Part shown: piece after piece, positions 25,228-37,793 of the stretch
Numbering within the stretch: the stretch's first letter is position 1
Layout: every line of letters begins with the position of its first letter
Assembly (NCBI RefSeq): GCF_006345805.1
Contig: NC_043020.1
Coordinates: 26,164,001 to 26,228,000, forward strand
Length of the DNA stretch: 64,000 nt
Reading direction: 5' to 3'
Source of the DNA: Octopus sinensis
Lineage: Eukaryota
Notes under the pieces: generated by a model
What the model saw: the letters and a program-made list of their open reading frames with translations, nothing else
Databases searched by the model: none
Told to the model about the DNA's origin: nothing
Made by a program: the position numbers and the translations under genes

Positions 25228-26779
25228 TTTTTCCATTCAAAATAGTATCAGGTGGTTGTAAGTTTTTTGTCAAATGGTTTTTATTTCAGAGGTTTTCTTC
25301 TCTCCATTGAATTGTCTTCACTTCAACTTGTAGGTTAATTCCATCATATTGAAGTTACCAAAGTTTTAAATTTCCCAAGGACTTTACAAACATACATACA
25401 TGCATGTTACTTTCTTTCACTTTTTTTAACCATTCAAAATCTTGCTCTGAAAAAGGAGCTGGTTTCTAACAAAGATACGAAACTTCATCTTTGGAATGTG
25501 ACTAATGGAAACGATGTCACATTTTAAACCTGAGAAAAGTCTTGCATAATTTTACCATTCTGCTTAGAGATTGTATTTGTAATGTGTGAGCCAGTTGGTT
25601 GATTTCTTGTTCCGGAAATTCAAGCTTATCCAAATTGATGTTAGGTATTTACTTACAAAACTGTTACTTTTGAAAATTACTATTTGTAAATCTCATAACA
25701 AGAGATATTCAGCAACAGTACTTTGGAGTAAAGATTGTTTGCCAGCATAACATGGCAGTCCTGGTTTAGGACGAATGTTGCTGTAATTTAGCCCCTGTAA
25801 TTTAGCCTCTCGTTATAAGATTTACAAATAGTAATTTTCTAATTTATAGATCAGTGACTAGTCACTTTGAAAACTATATATTTCGAACAGGAATTTGTGT
25901 GTATTTTTTATTGCTGGCGAAGGGCTGCGGCTGCACAGTAGATTTTGAAAAAATTAGGACGTATAAACAAGAGGCACAAAGTTTGTTCACCTCGTGTTTA
26001 CATATTTAACCCAAGATGTTCCTGCTGAGGAAGATTTCACCTAGAGTGTATACGTTATTTTACTTGCTAAACTAAAATCAGAAACCAATTGGTCCAGGAA
26101 ACTAGATGGTAAGATATTTTTAGTTTTTCATTTCGTTCCTGTCGAATTTTATCCCTAATTTTGTGGTTATGGAACCTAGCTGTTCTTTCTAGCATGTTGA
26201 ATCCCACAAGTGGATTCCTCATGTGTTTACATATACACTGTATTTTATGACTATATATATATAAAGACTATGATTTTATTCAAAGTAAACATCATTCTTT
26301 TGGTGACCTGCTGATACAAACTGACTGTCTGTGACCCAGGGTATACCAAAAAATCAGATCCAAAACGTATTTTGGGAAATTTAGATTTTTGTCACGAATC
26401 TTGTATGTAATGATGGCAGACATATAAGAAATGAAAAATCTCAAAAATCTATTTATAAAACTTAAATAATTTTCTTTTGCTTATTTCTTTCTCACAGTTG
26501 ATTAATCTTGCTGTATAGACTAAAAATTACTGAAATTTAAAATTGTATGTGTAAGTTATATTGGCCTTGTGTGTTTGTGTGTGTGTATTTATGTATATCA
26601 ATATCTATCTGTCTGTCCATCCGTCTGTGTGTATGTGTGTGTGCGAAAAGACACATGGCTCAGTAGTTAGAGCATTCGGCTTACGATCATGATGTTGTTG
26701 TTATTGAATTAGCCAAACAATTATGAGAATAGAACCAAGGGATAAGCCCCACTTTCCCGGGAATTACCGAGTATGTCAG

Positions 26780-27065
26780 CTAGCATGTATATCTCTCTCT
26801 ATCCGCTCAGTCGAAGTTGACTCTCGGTCACTCGTTGGATCAGTGTCATCCAGTCAGTTCTATCCTGGGCCGCTTCCTTCAGACTGGCCATGTCCATTCC
26901 GGTATCACTCTTGATGGTGTCAAGCCAGCGGGTTCTTGATCTGCCTCTTCCTCTCTTGCCACTGACCATTCCGAGCATGATGTCCTTCTCCAGGGATTCT
27001 CTCCGCATAATATGACTGAAATATGCCAATCTACGCTTGGTGATCCCAGCTTCTAGCATGTATAT
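26780..27065 (-). mobile_element. 5'-truncated RTE-BovB-like LINE with 13-bp TSD
   Basis: ORF GITKRRLAYFSHIMRRESLEKDIMLGMVSGKRGRGRSRTRWLD; CTAGCATGTATAT repeated at 26780-26792 and 27053-27065. Confidence 0.9.
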
Positions 27066-27074
27066 ATATATATC

Positions 27075-27714
27075 TTTTATTTGTTTGAGTTATTTGGCTG
27101 TGGCAATGCTGGAGCACTGCCTATAGTCGAACAAATTGACCCCATGACTTATTCTTTGTAAGCCTAGTACTTATTCTATCAGTCTCTTTTGCCGAACTGT
27201 TAAGGTATGGAGATGTAAACACACCAACATCGGTTGTCAAGCAATGGGGGAGAGGACAAACAGACACACACACACACATATATAAATATATACTACGGGC
27301 TTCTTTCAGTTTTGGTCTACCAAATCTAATCACAAGGCTTTGATTGGCCCGAGGTTTTAATAGAAGACACTTAACCAAGGTGCCACAGTGCCACTTAGTA
27401 GGACTGAGCCCGGAACCATGTGGTTAGGAAACAAGCTTCTTACCACACAGCCAATCCTGTGCCTATATATATATATATATATATCTTCTTTTACTTGTTT
27501 CAGTCATTTGACTGTGGCCATGCTGGAGCACCGCCTTGAAGGGTTTTAGTCGAACGCATCAACCCCAGAACTTGTTTCTTAAGCCTGGTAATTATTCTAT
27601 CGGTCCCTTTTGCCAAACCTCTAAGTTATGGGGACATAGACACAACAATCCATGGTGAGTGGATTTGATAGATGGAAACTGAAAGAAGTCCATCGTATAT
27701 ACATACATACATAC

Positions 27715-27746
<32 letters not shown>

Positions 27747-27950
27747 TTGTATGTATGTGTTTGTCCCCGCCCACCATCACTTGACAACTGATGTTGGTGT
27801 GTTTATGTCCCCATAACTTAGCGGTTCGGCAAAAAAGACCGATAGAAGTACTAGGTTTACAAAGAATAAGTCCTGTGGTCGATTTGTTCAACTAAAAACC
27901 CCTTAAGGTGGTGCTCCAGCATGGCCGTTGTCAGATGACTGAAAGGAAAT
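27075..27950. mobile_element. SINE-A cluster (one minus copy 27075-27463, partial minus and plus copies)
   Basis: Matches to SINE-A head and tail motifs. Confidence 0.8.
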
Positions 27951-28354
27951 GAGAGATAAATGAACAAACCCACTGACTGGATTTAATCTATTTATTTTAT
28001 CTTAAATGACTTAGTTTATGATTCGAGCAGGTAAATTCTGAACTGAAAGTCCCATAGTTCACCATTTGTAACTTCATGGTTGAGTAATTTAGTGGTATGA
28101 AGGGCCTATCCATTGATCCACTCACCTGTTTGTTCATTCGAGCGTGAAGGAAAAAAAAAGCAGGAAAGAAAAAGAAAGGTATTTAATTGTTCCAACAAAT
28201 GAACTATTTTACCTGTGAAATATTAAAGTAGGAAACGAAAATCAAAAGGTGTGAAAGACACATATTTTCCTAATTGTTGTCAATTAGCCCTGGGCCAACC
28301 CAGATCCAGTACACCTTTGATCAAAACATACCAGCATGCATGGAACATGGGAAT

Positions 28355-28669
28355 ATTGTTTTTGTTTGTTCCTTCTCGAGCCATACTTGGCTCATAAGGG
28401 CCGGTTTCCTGGTTTCTTGGCATGTAGGTTCCCCACCTGGATGGGACGCCGGTCCGCCACAGGTGAGCTGCAAGATGCAGGAGGAAAGAGTGAGAGAAAG
28501 TTGTGGCAAATGAATCGGCAGAAGTTCGCCATTACCTTCTGCCGGAGCCGCATGGAGCTTAGGTGTTTCGCTCATAAACACGCACATCGCCCGGCCTGAG
28601 ATTCGAACCCCCGATCACTCGACCGCAAGTCCGCTGCTATAACCACTAACCACTGGGCCATGTGCCTCC
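28355..28669 (-). mobile_element. SINE-D (head D + tail D)
   Basis: Minus strand: A-box tggcccagtggttag; B-box ggttcgaatc; body caactttctctcactctttcctcctg; tail gtcccatccaggtggg..aaaccggcccttatgagcc. Confidence 0.8.
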
Positions 28670-30097
28670 ACACACAGGAATATATTATCCCAATGTGTCG
28701 TTTTGTAAGATGGTGTGATATGAGAAAGATCTATCTATTTCTAGCAATTTCATTGACCACATGGTGGCACCCTGGTTTGCTCTGTTTTGCAGCAGTATGA
28801 GGCTATGGTGACAGTGTTGGTGGTGATACATGTTGAGGTGGTAGTGGTGGTGTGGATGGTTGTTTTGGTGCTTGTGGTGATGATGTCAATTGCAGAGGTA
28901 ATTGTACATACGACAGGCTTCCAGGCTTCCACACAATCTCCAGTTATCACTATCAGCATGATGACCATCACCACTACCACCAATACTACCATCTCCACTA
29001 CCACCATTGCTACCAACACAATCACCACTTCTAAACCACTAACGTCATGAACACCACTGCTACCGCCAACACCACAACTACCACCACCACCACTGTCACT
29101 GCCACTACCACTGCTACCACCACAACAACAACTATCAACACCACTGCCACCACCATCGACACTACCACCACCTTCACCACTATTACCACCAACACCACTA
29201 CCACCAACACCACTATTACCACACTAACACCACCACAAGTACCAACACCATTACCACCAGCACGACTATTACCACAACTAACACCACCACAAGTGGTACT
29301 TATTTTATCGACCCCGAAAGGATGAAAGGCAAAGTCGACCTCGGCAGAATTTGAACTCAGAATGTAGCGGCTGACGAAATACCGCTGAGCATTTCGCCCA
29401 GCGTCCTAACGTTTCTGCCAGCTTGCCGTCTTAAAACATGACCATTACCACTACCACCAACACCACAACTACCAACACTACCACCAACGCCACCACTACT
29501 GCCACAACACCACCAACACAACCATCACTACTGCCGCCAACACCACCACCACCACTTTTAAACCACTAACACCACAACCTACACGACCACCACCACCAGC
29601 ACCAGAAATTATCTTCATTAAAATTTACTAATTGCTACACTATTTAAACAATTATCTCTTTGAACTGTCTGCTAATGCTGCACCTGTGATGCTGAAATGG
29701 TGCATTGCTGCAAGATGCATTTTGCAGATGACACCAAGCATGCACATGCACCTCTCTCTCTCTGCCTCTTTCTTTCTTTTTTCTCCTTTCACAGAATTTA
29801 TAAATTTTTCTGCCGTTCCTTATTACCAAGAGGATTAGATCGATGGAACAGTAGGTAAAGCACCTGCTGGTAATTATTTCAAATTATGTTCCTGAATATT
29901 CTGAGTTCAAGTCCTTCTTAGGTTGACTTTGTTTTATGTGGTTTTTTTGAGGTTCATAAAATACCAGTTATATCTTGAGGTGGATGGTAGAGTTGATGAC
30001 ATTTGATAATGTTTCTCTCTGTCTCTTCTCTAAATTTTTGGCCTTGAACCTTGGTGCTTCTTCTTTATCATTATTGCTGTTGTTATGGTTGTTATTG

Positions 30098-30468
30098 AGG
30101 CGGCAAGCTAGCAGAATCTTTAGCGCCGGACGAAATACTTAACGGTATTTTGCTCATCGCTATGTTCTGAGTTCCAATTCCGCCGAGGTTGACTTTGCCT
30201 TTCATCTTTTCGGGATCGATAAATTAAGTACCAGTTACATTCTGGGGTTGATCCAATTGACTGGACCCCGCTCCCCTAAAATTTCAGGCCTTGTGTCTAG
30301 AGTAGAAAGAAAAAAATAATATTGTTGTTGTTATTATTAAGGCGGTGTTCTGGCAGAATCACTAGTGCGTTGTACGAAATGTATAGTGGTATTTTGCCTG
30401 TTGCTACATTCTAAGTTCCAATTCCACCAGGGTTGACTTTGCCTTTCATTCTTTCTGAGTTGATAAAT
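30098..30468 (+). mobile_element. Two SINE-B copies; the second is cut at a TA by a mariner end
   Basis: Body ends gataaat-TA, followed directly by the mariner TIR. Confidence 0.75.
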
Positions 30469-30760
30469 TATTGGCTTGTCCAGAAAGTTTGTGCTGATTT
30501 TTAAAGGAAAGAAAAAGGTCAATAAATACTTGCCATTACATTTTTAATCAACCAAATACGAACCATTTTGTTGCACAATGCGGCTCCATCTTTCCTTGAA
30601 AATACCCTCTTCCCAGAATTGAGGTGGTTTCATGGCAAAGAATTCATCAAGGTATCTTTTTACGTCATCCAAGGAATTGAAATGTTTATCATTAAGACTA
30701 TTCTGCAGAGACCCGAATAAGTGGAATGGATTACTTTCATAGTAAACATGCAACTATTTT
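30469..30760 (-). mobile_element. Mariner 3' end with transposase C-terminus
   Basis: FHLFGSLQNSLNDKHFNSLDDVKRYLDEFF..FWEEGI..ERW..IVQQNGSY; TIR and TA at 30469-30500. Confidence 0.9.
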
Positions 30761-30959
30761 CATATTAGACATACAAACATGTCAGTGACCATCCTTTATT
30801 GATTTTCGAACCATATTGAGGTCTCATCAGTGATGTTTACAACATTTGACCAGTCCCAGAGAAACAAGTAAACACTCTGCTTATGTAAGCATTAAATCTT
30901 GTAGTTGTGTATACATGTGTGTGTGTGTATCTATGTGTATGTATGTATATGTTTCTATA

Positions 30960-31118
30960 GGCATAGGAGTGGCTGTGTGGTAAGTAACTTACGAACCACA
31001 TGGTTCCAGGTTCAGTCCCACTGCATGGCACCTTGGGCAAGTGTCTTCTACTATAGCCTCGAGCCGACCAAAGCCTTATGAGTGGATTTAGTAGACAGAA
31101 ACTGAAAAAAGCCTGCCG

Positions 31119-31150
<32 letters not shown>

Positions 31151-31370
31151 ATATGTGTGTGTGTGTGTATGTTTGTGTGTCTGTGTTTGTCCCCCCAACA
31201 TCGCTTGACAACCGATGCTGGTGTGTTTACGTCCTTGTAACTTAGCGGTTTGGCAAAGAGACCGATAGAATAAGTACTAGGCTTACAAAGAATAAGTCCT
31301 GGGGTCAATTTGCTTGTCTAAAGGTGGTGCTCCAGCATGGCCACAGTCAAATGATGAAACAAGTAAAAGT
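30960..31370 (+). mobile_element. SINE-A
   Basis: Full head-to-tail match. Confidence 0.88.
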
Positions 31371-31598
31371 GTGTGTGTGTATGTATCGGTATATGTTTGT
31401 TTGCATATTATGTGTGTAGTTATGTATACATATATAAATATCTATATATGTGTGTGTATGTATCTATGTATATGTGTGTTTATGTATACGTTTGTATTCA
31501 TATATATGTATATGTGTCTGTTGGTATATATATATATATGTGTATGTGTGTGTCTGTGTGTATAGATATATATACATGTATAAATATCCATGTATCTG

Positions 31599-31638
<40 letters not shown>

Positions 31639-31785
31639 CATGTGTATCTGTGTGTGTGTATGTCTGTGCATGTATGTATATGTTTGTATACATATATATG
31701 TGTGTATATGTATTTATGTATGTGTGCATCTTGGATATGTGTGTAGGTATGTATATATATAAATATCTATATATCTATGTTTGTA

Positions 31786-31827
<42 letters not shown>

Positions 31828-32289
31828 ATAGATATGATGATGATATATATATGTGTGTGTATATATGTGTCTGTTGGTATATGTGTGTGTGTGTGTGTGT
31901 GTCTGTTGGTATATACATGTGTGTGTGAATGTATCTTTGTATATTTGTCTGTTGGCATATATATGTGTGTATAGGTATATATACATGTATAAATAATCCA
32001 TGTATCTATATATATGTATGTATGTACATATATGTGTGTGTCTGTGTGTTTACAATTTATATGTATGAATAATACAGGCAACCAAGAAGGCATAACCCTA
32101 CCCTCGATGGATATTAAAACCATAATAACAGCTCAGGTGACGACCAACTAAAAACGAAACATATTGATCTGTTTGGCATCAATCCTTGCTCACTCCTGCT
32201 TGTTTATGCTTTATCTCTCCATCAAGCTGAGCTTATTGACTACTTTCAAGTCACTAAACTAGACATTACAGCATATGTGAAAGAGAGAG

Positions 32290-32446
32290 AGTGGCTGTGT
32301 GGTAAGTAGCTTGCTAACCAACCACATGGTTCTGGGTTCAGTCCCACTGCATGGCATCTTGGGCAAGTGTCTTCTACTATAGCCCCGGGCCGACCAATGC
32401 CTTGTGAGTGGATTTGGTAGACGGAAACTGAAAGAAGCCTGTCGTA

Positions 32447-32483
<37 letters not shown>

Positions 32484-32688
32484 ATGTATGTGTATATGTT
32501 TGTCCCTCTGGCATTGCTTGACAACCGATGCTGGTATGTTTATGTCCCCGTTACTTAGCGGTTCGGCAAAAGCGAACGATAGAATAAGTACTGAGCTTAC
32601 AAAGAATAAGTCCCGGGGTCGAGTTGCTCGACTAAAGGTGGTGCTCCAGCATGGCCGCAGTCAAATGAGTGAACCAAGTAAAAGAGTA
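32290..32688 (+). mobile_element. SINE-A
   Basis: Full head-to-tail match. Confidence 0.88.
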
Positions 32689-33112
32689 ACAGAGAGTGGA
32701 AGTGAGGGAGAGATCAGGAAGGACATACAAAGTGAAGGTTCTAATATCCTGGTTTGGCTTTGTGGTTGAGAGGTTTCCTTCCCAAGCTTGTGGTCTTAGG
32801 TTCTGTCCCCCTGTGGGGCATTTTAGGCATGTGTTTTCTATTATATCCCTGGGATAACCTAGGCCCAGTGAGTGGGTTTGGTAAATGGAAACTGAAAGAA
32901 GCCTGTTGTGTTCTTTTATTCTTTTACTTGTTTCAGTCATTTGGCCATGGCCATGCTGGTGCACCACCTTTAAAGTGTTTTGTTAGTTGCAGAAATCGCC
33001 CCCAGGACTTATTATTTGTAGGTCTAGTACTTATTCTATCGGTCTCTTTTGCTGAACCACTAAGTTACGGGGATGTAAACGCACCAGCATTGGTTGTCAA
33101 GCGATGGTGGAG

Positions 33113-33345
33113 GGCGGCGAACTGGCAGAAACGTTAGCACACCGGACGAAATGCTTAGCGGTATTTCATCTGCCACTATGTTCTGAGTTCAAATTCCGCC
33201 AAGGTCGACTTTACCTTTCATCCTTTTGGGGTCGATTAAATAAGTACCAGTTACGCACTGGGGTAGATGTAATTGACTTAATCTGTTTGTCTGTCCTTGT
33301 TTGTCCCCTCTGTGTTTAGCCCCTTGTGGGTAGTAAAGAAACAGG
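33113..33345 (+). mobile_element. Full-length SINE-B monomer (type-1 tail) following a minus SINE-A tail fragment
   Basis: ggcggcgaactggcagaaacgttagc ... gggtagtaaagaaacagg. Confidence 0.88.
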
Positions 33346-33804
33346 TGGAGGTACACACACACACACACACCTTAATATAAATTTGATTGATGTTTCTCTG
33401 TCTGTTATGTTTTTATGTTTATTAACTCCTAGACAGTTGATGCAAGGACATGGAAACTCAAATCAGTTTAGATGGGTCCCACTGACTCCCCCCTATTTTT
33501 ACTGCATTTACCTTGCTCCTACGCTTATTGTTTAAACTATGATCAGTATCAGTCGGTAGCACATTTACAGAAATAAGTTTCATTACCCAAGGGTAGAGGG
33601 CAGAAGACCTCAAAGGTGCCCTCTGCAGGAGCAAGCCTGAATGTTGCCTGAAAGCAATATTCAAAGTTAGTGTGATATATATATATATATATATATATAA
33701 GGGGTATATGTATATATATATATAAGTGTAGTAATATATATATATATAAGTGTATATATATATATATATATATATGGTGTGTTATATATAATATATATAT
33801 AAGT

Positions 33805-35788
33805 GTCCGATGGATGTGTAATGTCAGTGTTCTAATCGTCAGAGTGTAAGTTCCTTGAGAGAAAAGCTGAACCTAAGAAGCGTCAGTTGTGGCGTGCAAG
33901 AGAGACGGCTGCGCTGGTATGGTCATGTGACAAGAAAGGCTGAAGATAGTTGGTGCAAAAGTGCTACACCCTAGCAGTGGAGGGAACCTGTGGAAGAGGT
34001 AGACCCAGGAAAACCTGGGACGAGGTGGTGAAGCACGACCTTCGAACTTTAGGTCTCACTAAGGAAATGTCTAGAGACCGAGACCTAGGAAGTATGCTGT
34101 GCATGAGAAGACCCGGCAAGACTAGTCAGGCCATAACCCGTGGCCCCGACCTGGGACGTAGTCAGTCCTGTGCATACCTCCTTCTTGTGACACTTATGAA
34201 GACCTGTTGAGGCAAGTGAAAATCAAATCAAATCAAAACAAATCAAAATAGATGAACATCAGTGAATTGGATTCTTTGTGGTACCAGTGCCGGTGGCACA
34301 CAAGAAAACCACCCAAACGTGGCCGTAACCAGTACCGCATCGACTGGCCTCCGTGTGTGGGCACAACAAACACCATCGATCGTGGCCGTTCGCCAGCCTC
34401 ATCTGGCACCTGTGCCGGTGGCACATTAAAGACACCATCCGAAGACCCGGCGACGTAGTCAGTCCACCTGTGCATACCTTCCCTCTTATGACACTTGTGA
34501 AGACCTGTTGAGGCAAGTGTGTGACACTTGTGAAGACCTGTTGAGGCAAGTGAAAATCAAACCAAATCAAAATAGATGAATATCAATGGAATTTGTATCT
34601 TTGTGGTTCCAGTACCGGTGGCACACAAGAAAACCATCCGAAGTGGCCGTAGCTGGTACCGAATCGACTGGCCTCCGTGCTGTGGGCACAACAAACACCA
34701 TCTGATCGTGGCCGTTCGCCAGCCTCACCTGGCACCTGTGTCGGTGGCACATAAAAACACCATCCAAAGACCCGGCGACGTAGTCAGTCCACCTGTGCAT
34801 ACCTTCCCTCTTATGACACTTGTGAAGAACTGTTGAGGCAGAGGCAAGTTGTGTGACACTTTGTGAAGACCTGTTGAGGCAGAGGCAAGTGTGTGACACT
34901 TGTGGAGACTGTTGAGGCAAGAGGGTGTGACACGCGTGACACTTGTGAAGACCTGTTGAGGCAAGTGAAAATCAAACCAAATCAAAATAGATGAACATCA
35001 ATGGAATTTGTATCTTTGTGGTTCCAGTACCGTGGCACACAAGAAAACCATCCGATCGTGGCCGTTCGCCAGCCACATCTGGCACCTGTGTCGGTGGCAC
35101 ATAAAGACACCATCCGAAGACCCGGCGACGTAGACAGTCCACCTGTGCATACCTTCCTTCTTGTGACACTTGTGAAGACCTGTTGAGGCAAGTGACACTT
35201 GTGAAGACCTGTTGAGGCAAGTGAAAATCAAATCAAATCAAAACAAATCAAAATAGATGAGCATAAATGGAATTTGTATCTTTGTGGTACCAGTGCCGTG
35301 GCACACAAGAAAATCATCCGAACGTGGCCGTAGCCAGTACCGCATAGACTGGCCTCCGTGCTTTGGGGACGTAACAAACACCATCGATCGTGGCCGTCCG
35401 CCAGCTCATCTGCACCTGTGTCGGTGGCACATAAAAACACCATCCGAGCGTGGCCGTCTGCCAGCCTCGTCTGGCACCTGCCAGCCTCATCTGGCACCTG
35501 TGTCGGTGGCACATAAAAACACCATCCGAGCGTGGCCGTCTGCCAGCCTCGTCTGGCACCTGTGTCGGTGGCACATAAAAACACCATCGAGCGTGCCGTT
35601 CGCCAGCCTCGTCTGGCCCTGTGTCGGTGGCACATAAAATCACCCACTACACTCTCGGAGTGGTTGGCGTTAGGAAGGGCATCAGCTGTAGAGAAACACT
35701 GCCAGATCTGACTGGCCTGGTGCAGCCTTCGGGCTCCCCGACCCCAGTTGAACCGTCCAACCATGCTAGCATGGAAAACGGACGCTAA

Positions 35789-35820
<32 letters not shown>
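33805..35820 (+). mobile_element. 5'-truncated RTE LINE with tandemly amplified 3' UTR
   Basis: C-terminal ORF remnant (GTCGRGRPRKTWDEVVKHDLRTLGLT) matching 1920-2060; four ~300-350 bp UTR modules; (ATG)n tail. Confidence 0.9.
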
Positions 35821-36062
35821 ATATATATATAAGTGTATATATAATTATATATATATAAGTGTATATATATGTGTGTGTGTGGGTGTGTGTGTATATATGT
35901 ATATGTGCATATGTGTGTGTGTGTATATGTATATGTGCATATGTATGTATATGTGCATATATATATATATGTATGTTTATATATATATATATATATGTGT
36001 ATGTATATATATTTTCATATATGTATGTGTGTATTTATAGATTAAAGTGCTTTTTATATGTG

Positions 36063-36094
<32 letters not shown>

Positions 36095-36253
36095 TTCTAT
36101 AGGTGAATGAATTAGCCTATGTTTATCGTCAGCATGGAAAATTTGTTGAACCGATACCAGGGTAGCAAATTTGCATCAGAAACATGGTTGAAGCGACCTG
36201 TCCAAGGGTAGAAACTCTGGGTTCATTTGCAGAAATGTGTGTGTTATATATGA

Positions 36254-36494
36254 ATAAATGAAAGAATGGAGTCGAACGAAGATGTGAATAAAATTCCTTT
36301 ACTCTCGACATATGTTTCGAAGACCACATGGTTTTATTCCAAGGGAATAAAGGGTGTATGATGCAATCTTCTCATCAGAAGATTGCATCATACACCCTTT
36401 ATTCCTTTGGAATGATGAAACCATGTGGTCTTCGAAACATATGTCGAGAGTAAAGGAATTTTGTTCACATCTTCGTTCGACTCCATTCTTTCAT

Positions 36495-36498
<4 letters not shown>
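36254..36498. repeat. ~245-bp near-perfect fold-back palindrome (4-nt loop at 36373-36376)
   Basis: Arms of ~118 bp differ by about two substitutions and one small indel; lies between (TA) tracts. Confidence 0.95.
36291..36385 (-). ncRNA. Type-I hammerhead ribozyme motif with intact catalytic core
   Basis: Minus strand: tctt|CTGATGA|GAAGA..TCTTC|GAAAC-ATAT-GUC|gagag; predicted cut between 36307 and 36306. Confidence 0.7.
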
Positions 36499-36544
<46 letters not shown>

Positions 36545-37042
36545 GTTGTGTGGTGAGTGTGTGTATACACCTACATATATTTATGTGTATGCTTGCATGT
36601 ATACACTTACACACTACTGCAAAATATTGCAGAATGGCTATTTAGTAGACACTATTATGCTATATTGGCTGTGTGTGTGTCGCATACAGACACACACACA
36701 CACACACACACACACATTTTAATGGTGTTAGCTATTGTTTATAAGAACTGAACATTTCAATATTCTCTTGACATAAACACAAACAATTATCATTAACTGA
36801 GTACAGTTAACGATGATTAGATTGTGTCAGCTAATTAGTTAGGCAGTCACATGATTACGTCGGTTTGAATAATTAGCATAAATTAAAAATCCTATGATGT
36901 GTTTGTGTGCATCTGCCTCTGTGTCTATGTGTGTGTGTGTGGATATGATGGTGTGTGTATCTGTATGTGTTGGTGTGTGTGTGTAGATATGATGGTGTGT
37001 GTCTGTGTGTGTGTTTGTAGATATGATGGTGTGAATGTGTAT

Positions 37043-37453
37043 ACTCTTACTCTTTACTCTTTTACTTGTTTCAGTCATTTGACTGCGGCCATGCTGGAGC
37101 ACCGCCTTTAGTCAAGCAACTCGACCCCAGGACTTATTCTTTGTAAGCCTAGTACTTATTCTGTCGGTCTCTTTTGCCAAACCGCTAAGTGACAGGGACA
37201 TAAACACACCAGCATCAGTTGTCAAGCAATGCTAGAGGGACAAATACAGACACACAAACATATACACACGCACATATATATATACATATATACGACGGGC
37301 TTCTTTCAGTTTCCGTCTACCAAATCCACTCAAGGCTTTGGTCGACCCGAGGCTATAGTAGAAGACACTTTCCCAAGGTGCCACGCAGTGGGACTGAACC
37401 TGGAACCATGTGGTTGGTAAGCAAGCTACTTACCACACAGCCACTTCTACGCC
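37043..37453 (-). mobile_element. SINE-A
   Basis: Full head-to-tail match. Confidence 0.88.
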
Positions 37454-37591
37454 TATTATTTATTCAATTTTAGAAAAATTGAAGCATGTCTTTGAAAATT
37501 CCTGAAGATATTGAATTCATTTTGTGCATTGACTTTTGGCCCACCCTCATCGTCATCATCATCATCGTTGTTTAATATCCGCTTTCCATGC

Positions 37592-37793
37592 TGGGACTGA
37601 ACCCAGAACCATGTGGTTGGTTAGCAAGCTACTTACCACACAGCCACTCTCTCTCTTTCACATATGCTGTAATGTCTAGTTTAGTGACTTGAAAGTAGTC
37701 AATAAGCTCAGCTTGATGGAGAGATAAAGCATAAACAAGCAGGAGTGAGCAAGGATTGATGCCAAACAGATCAATATGTTTCGTTTTTAGTTG
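37592..37793 (-). repeat. Perfect 202-bp inverted duplicate of 32145-32346
   Basis: Base-by-base identity checked, including ~140 bp of non-SINE flank. Confidence 0.95.

Noticed and set aside
28590-28669. tRNA gene candidates at SINE heads
   Set aside because: A and B boxes are present but there is no complete cloverleaf, and each continues into a SINE body.
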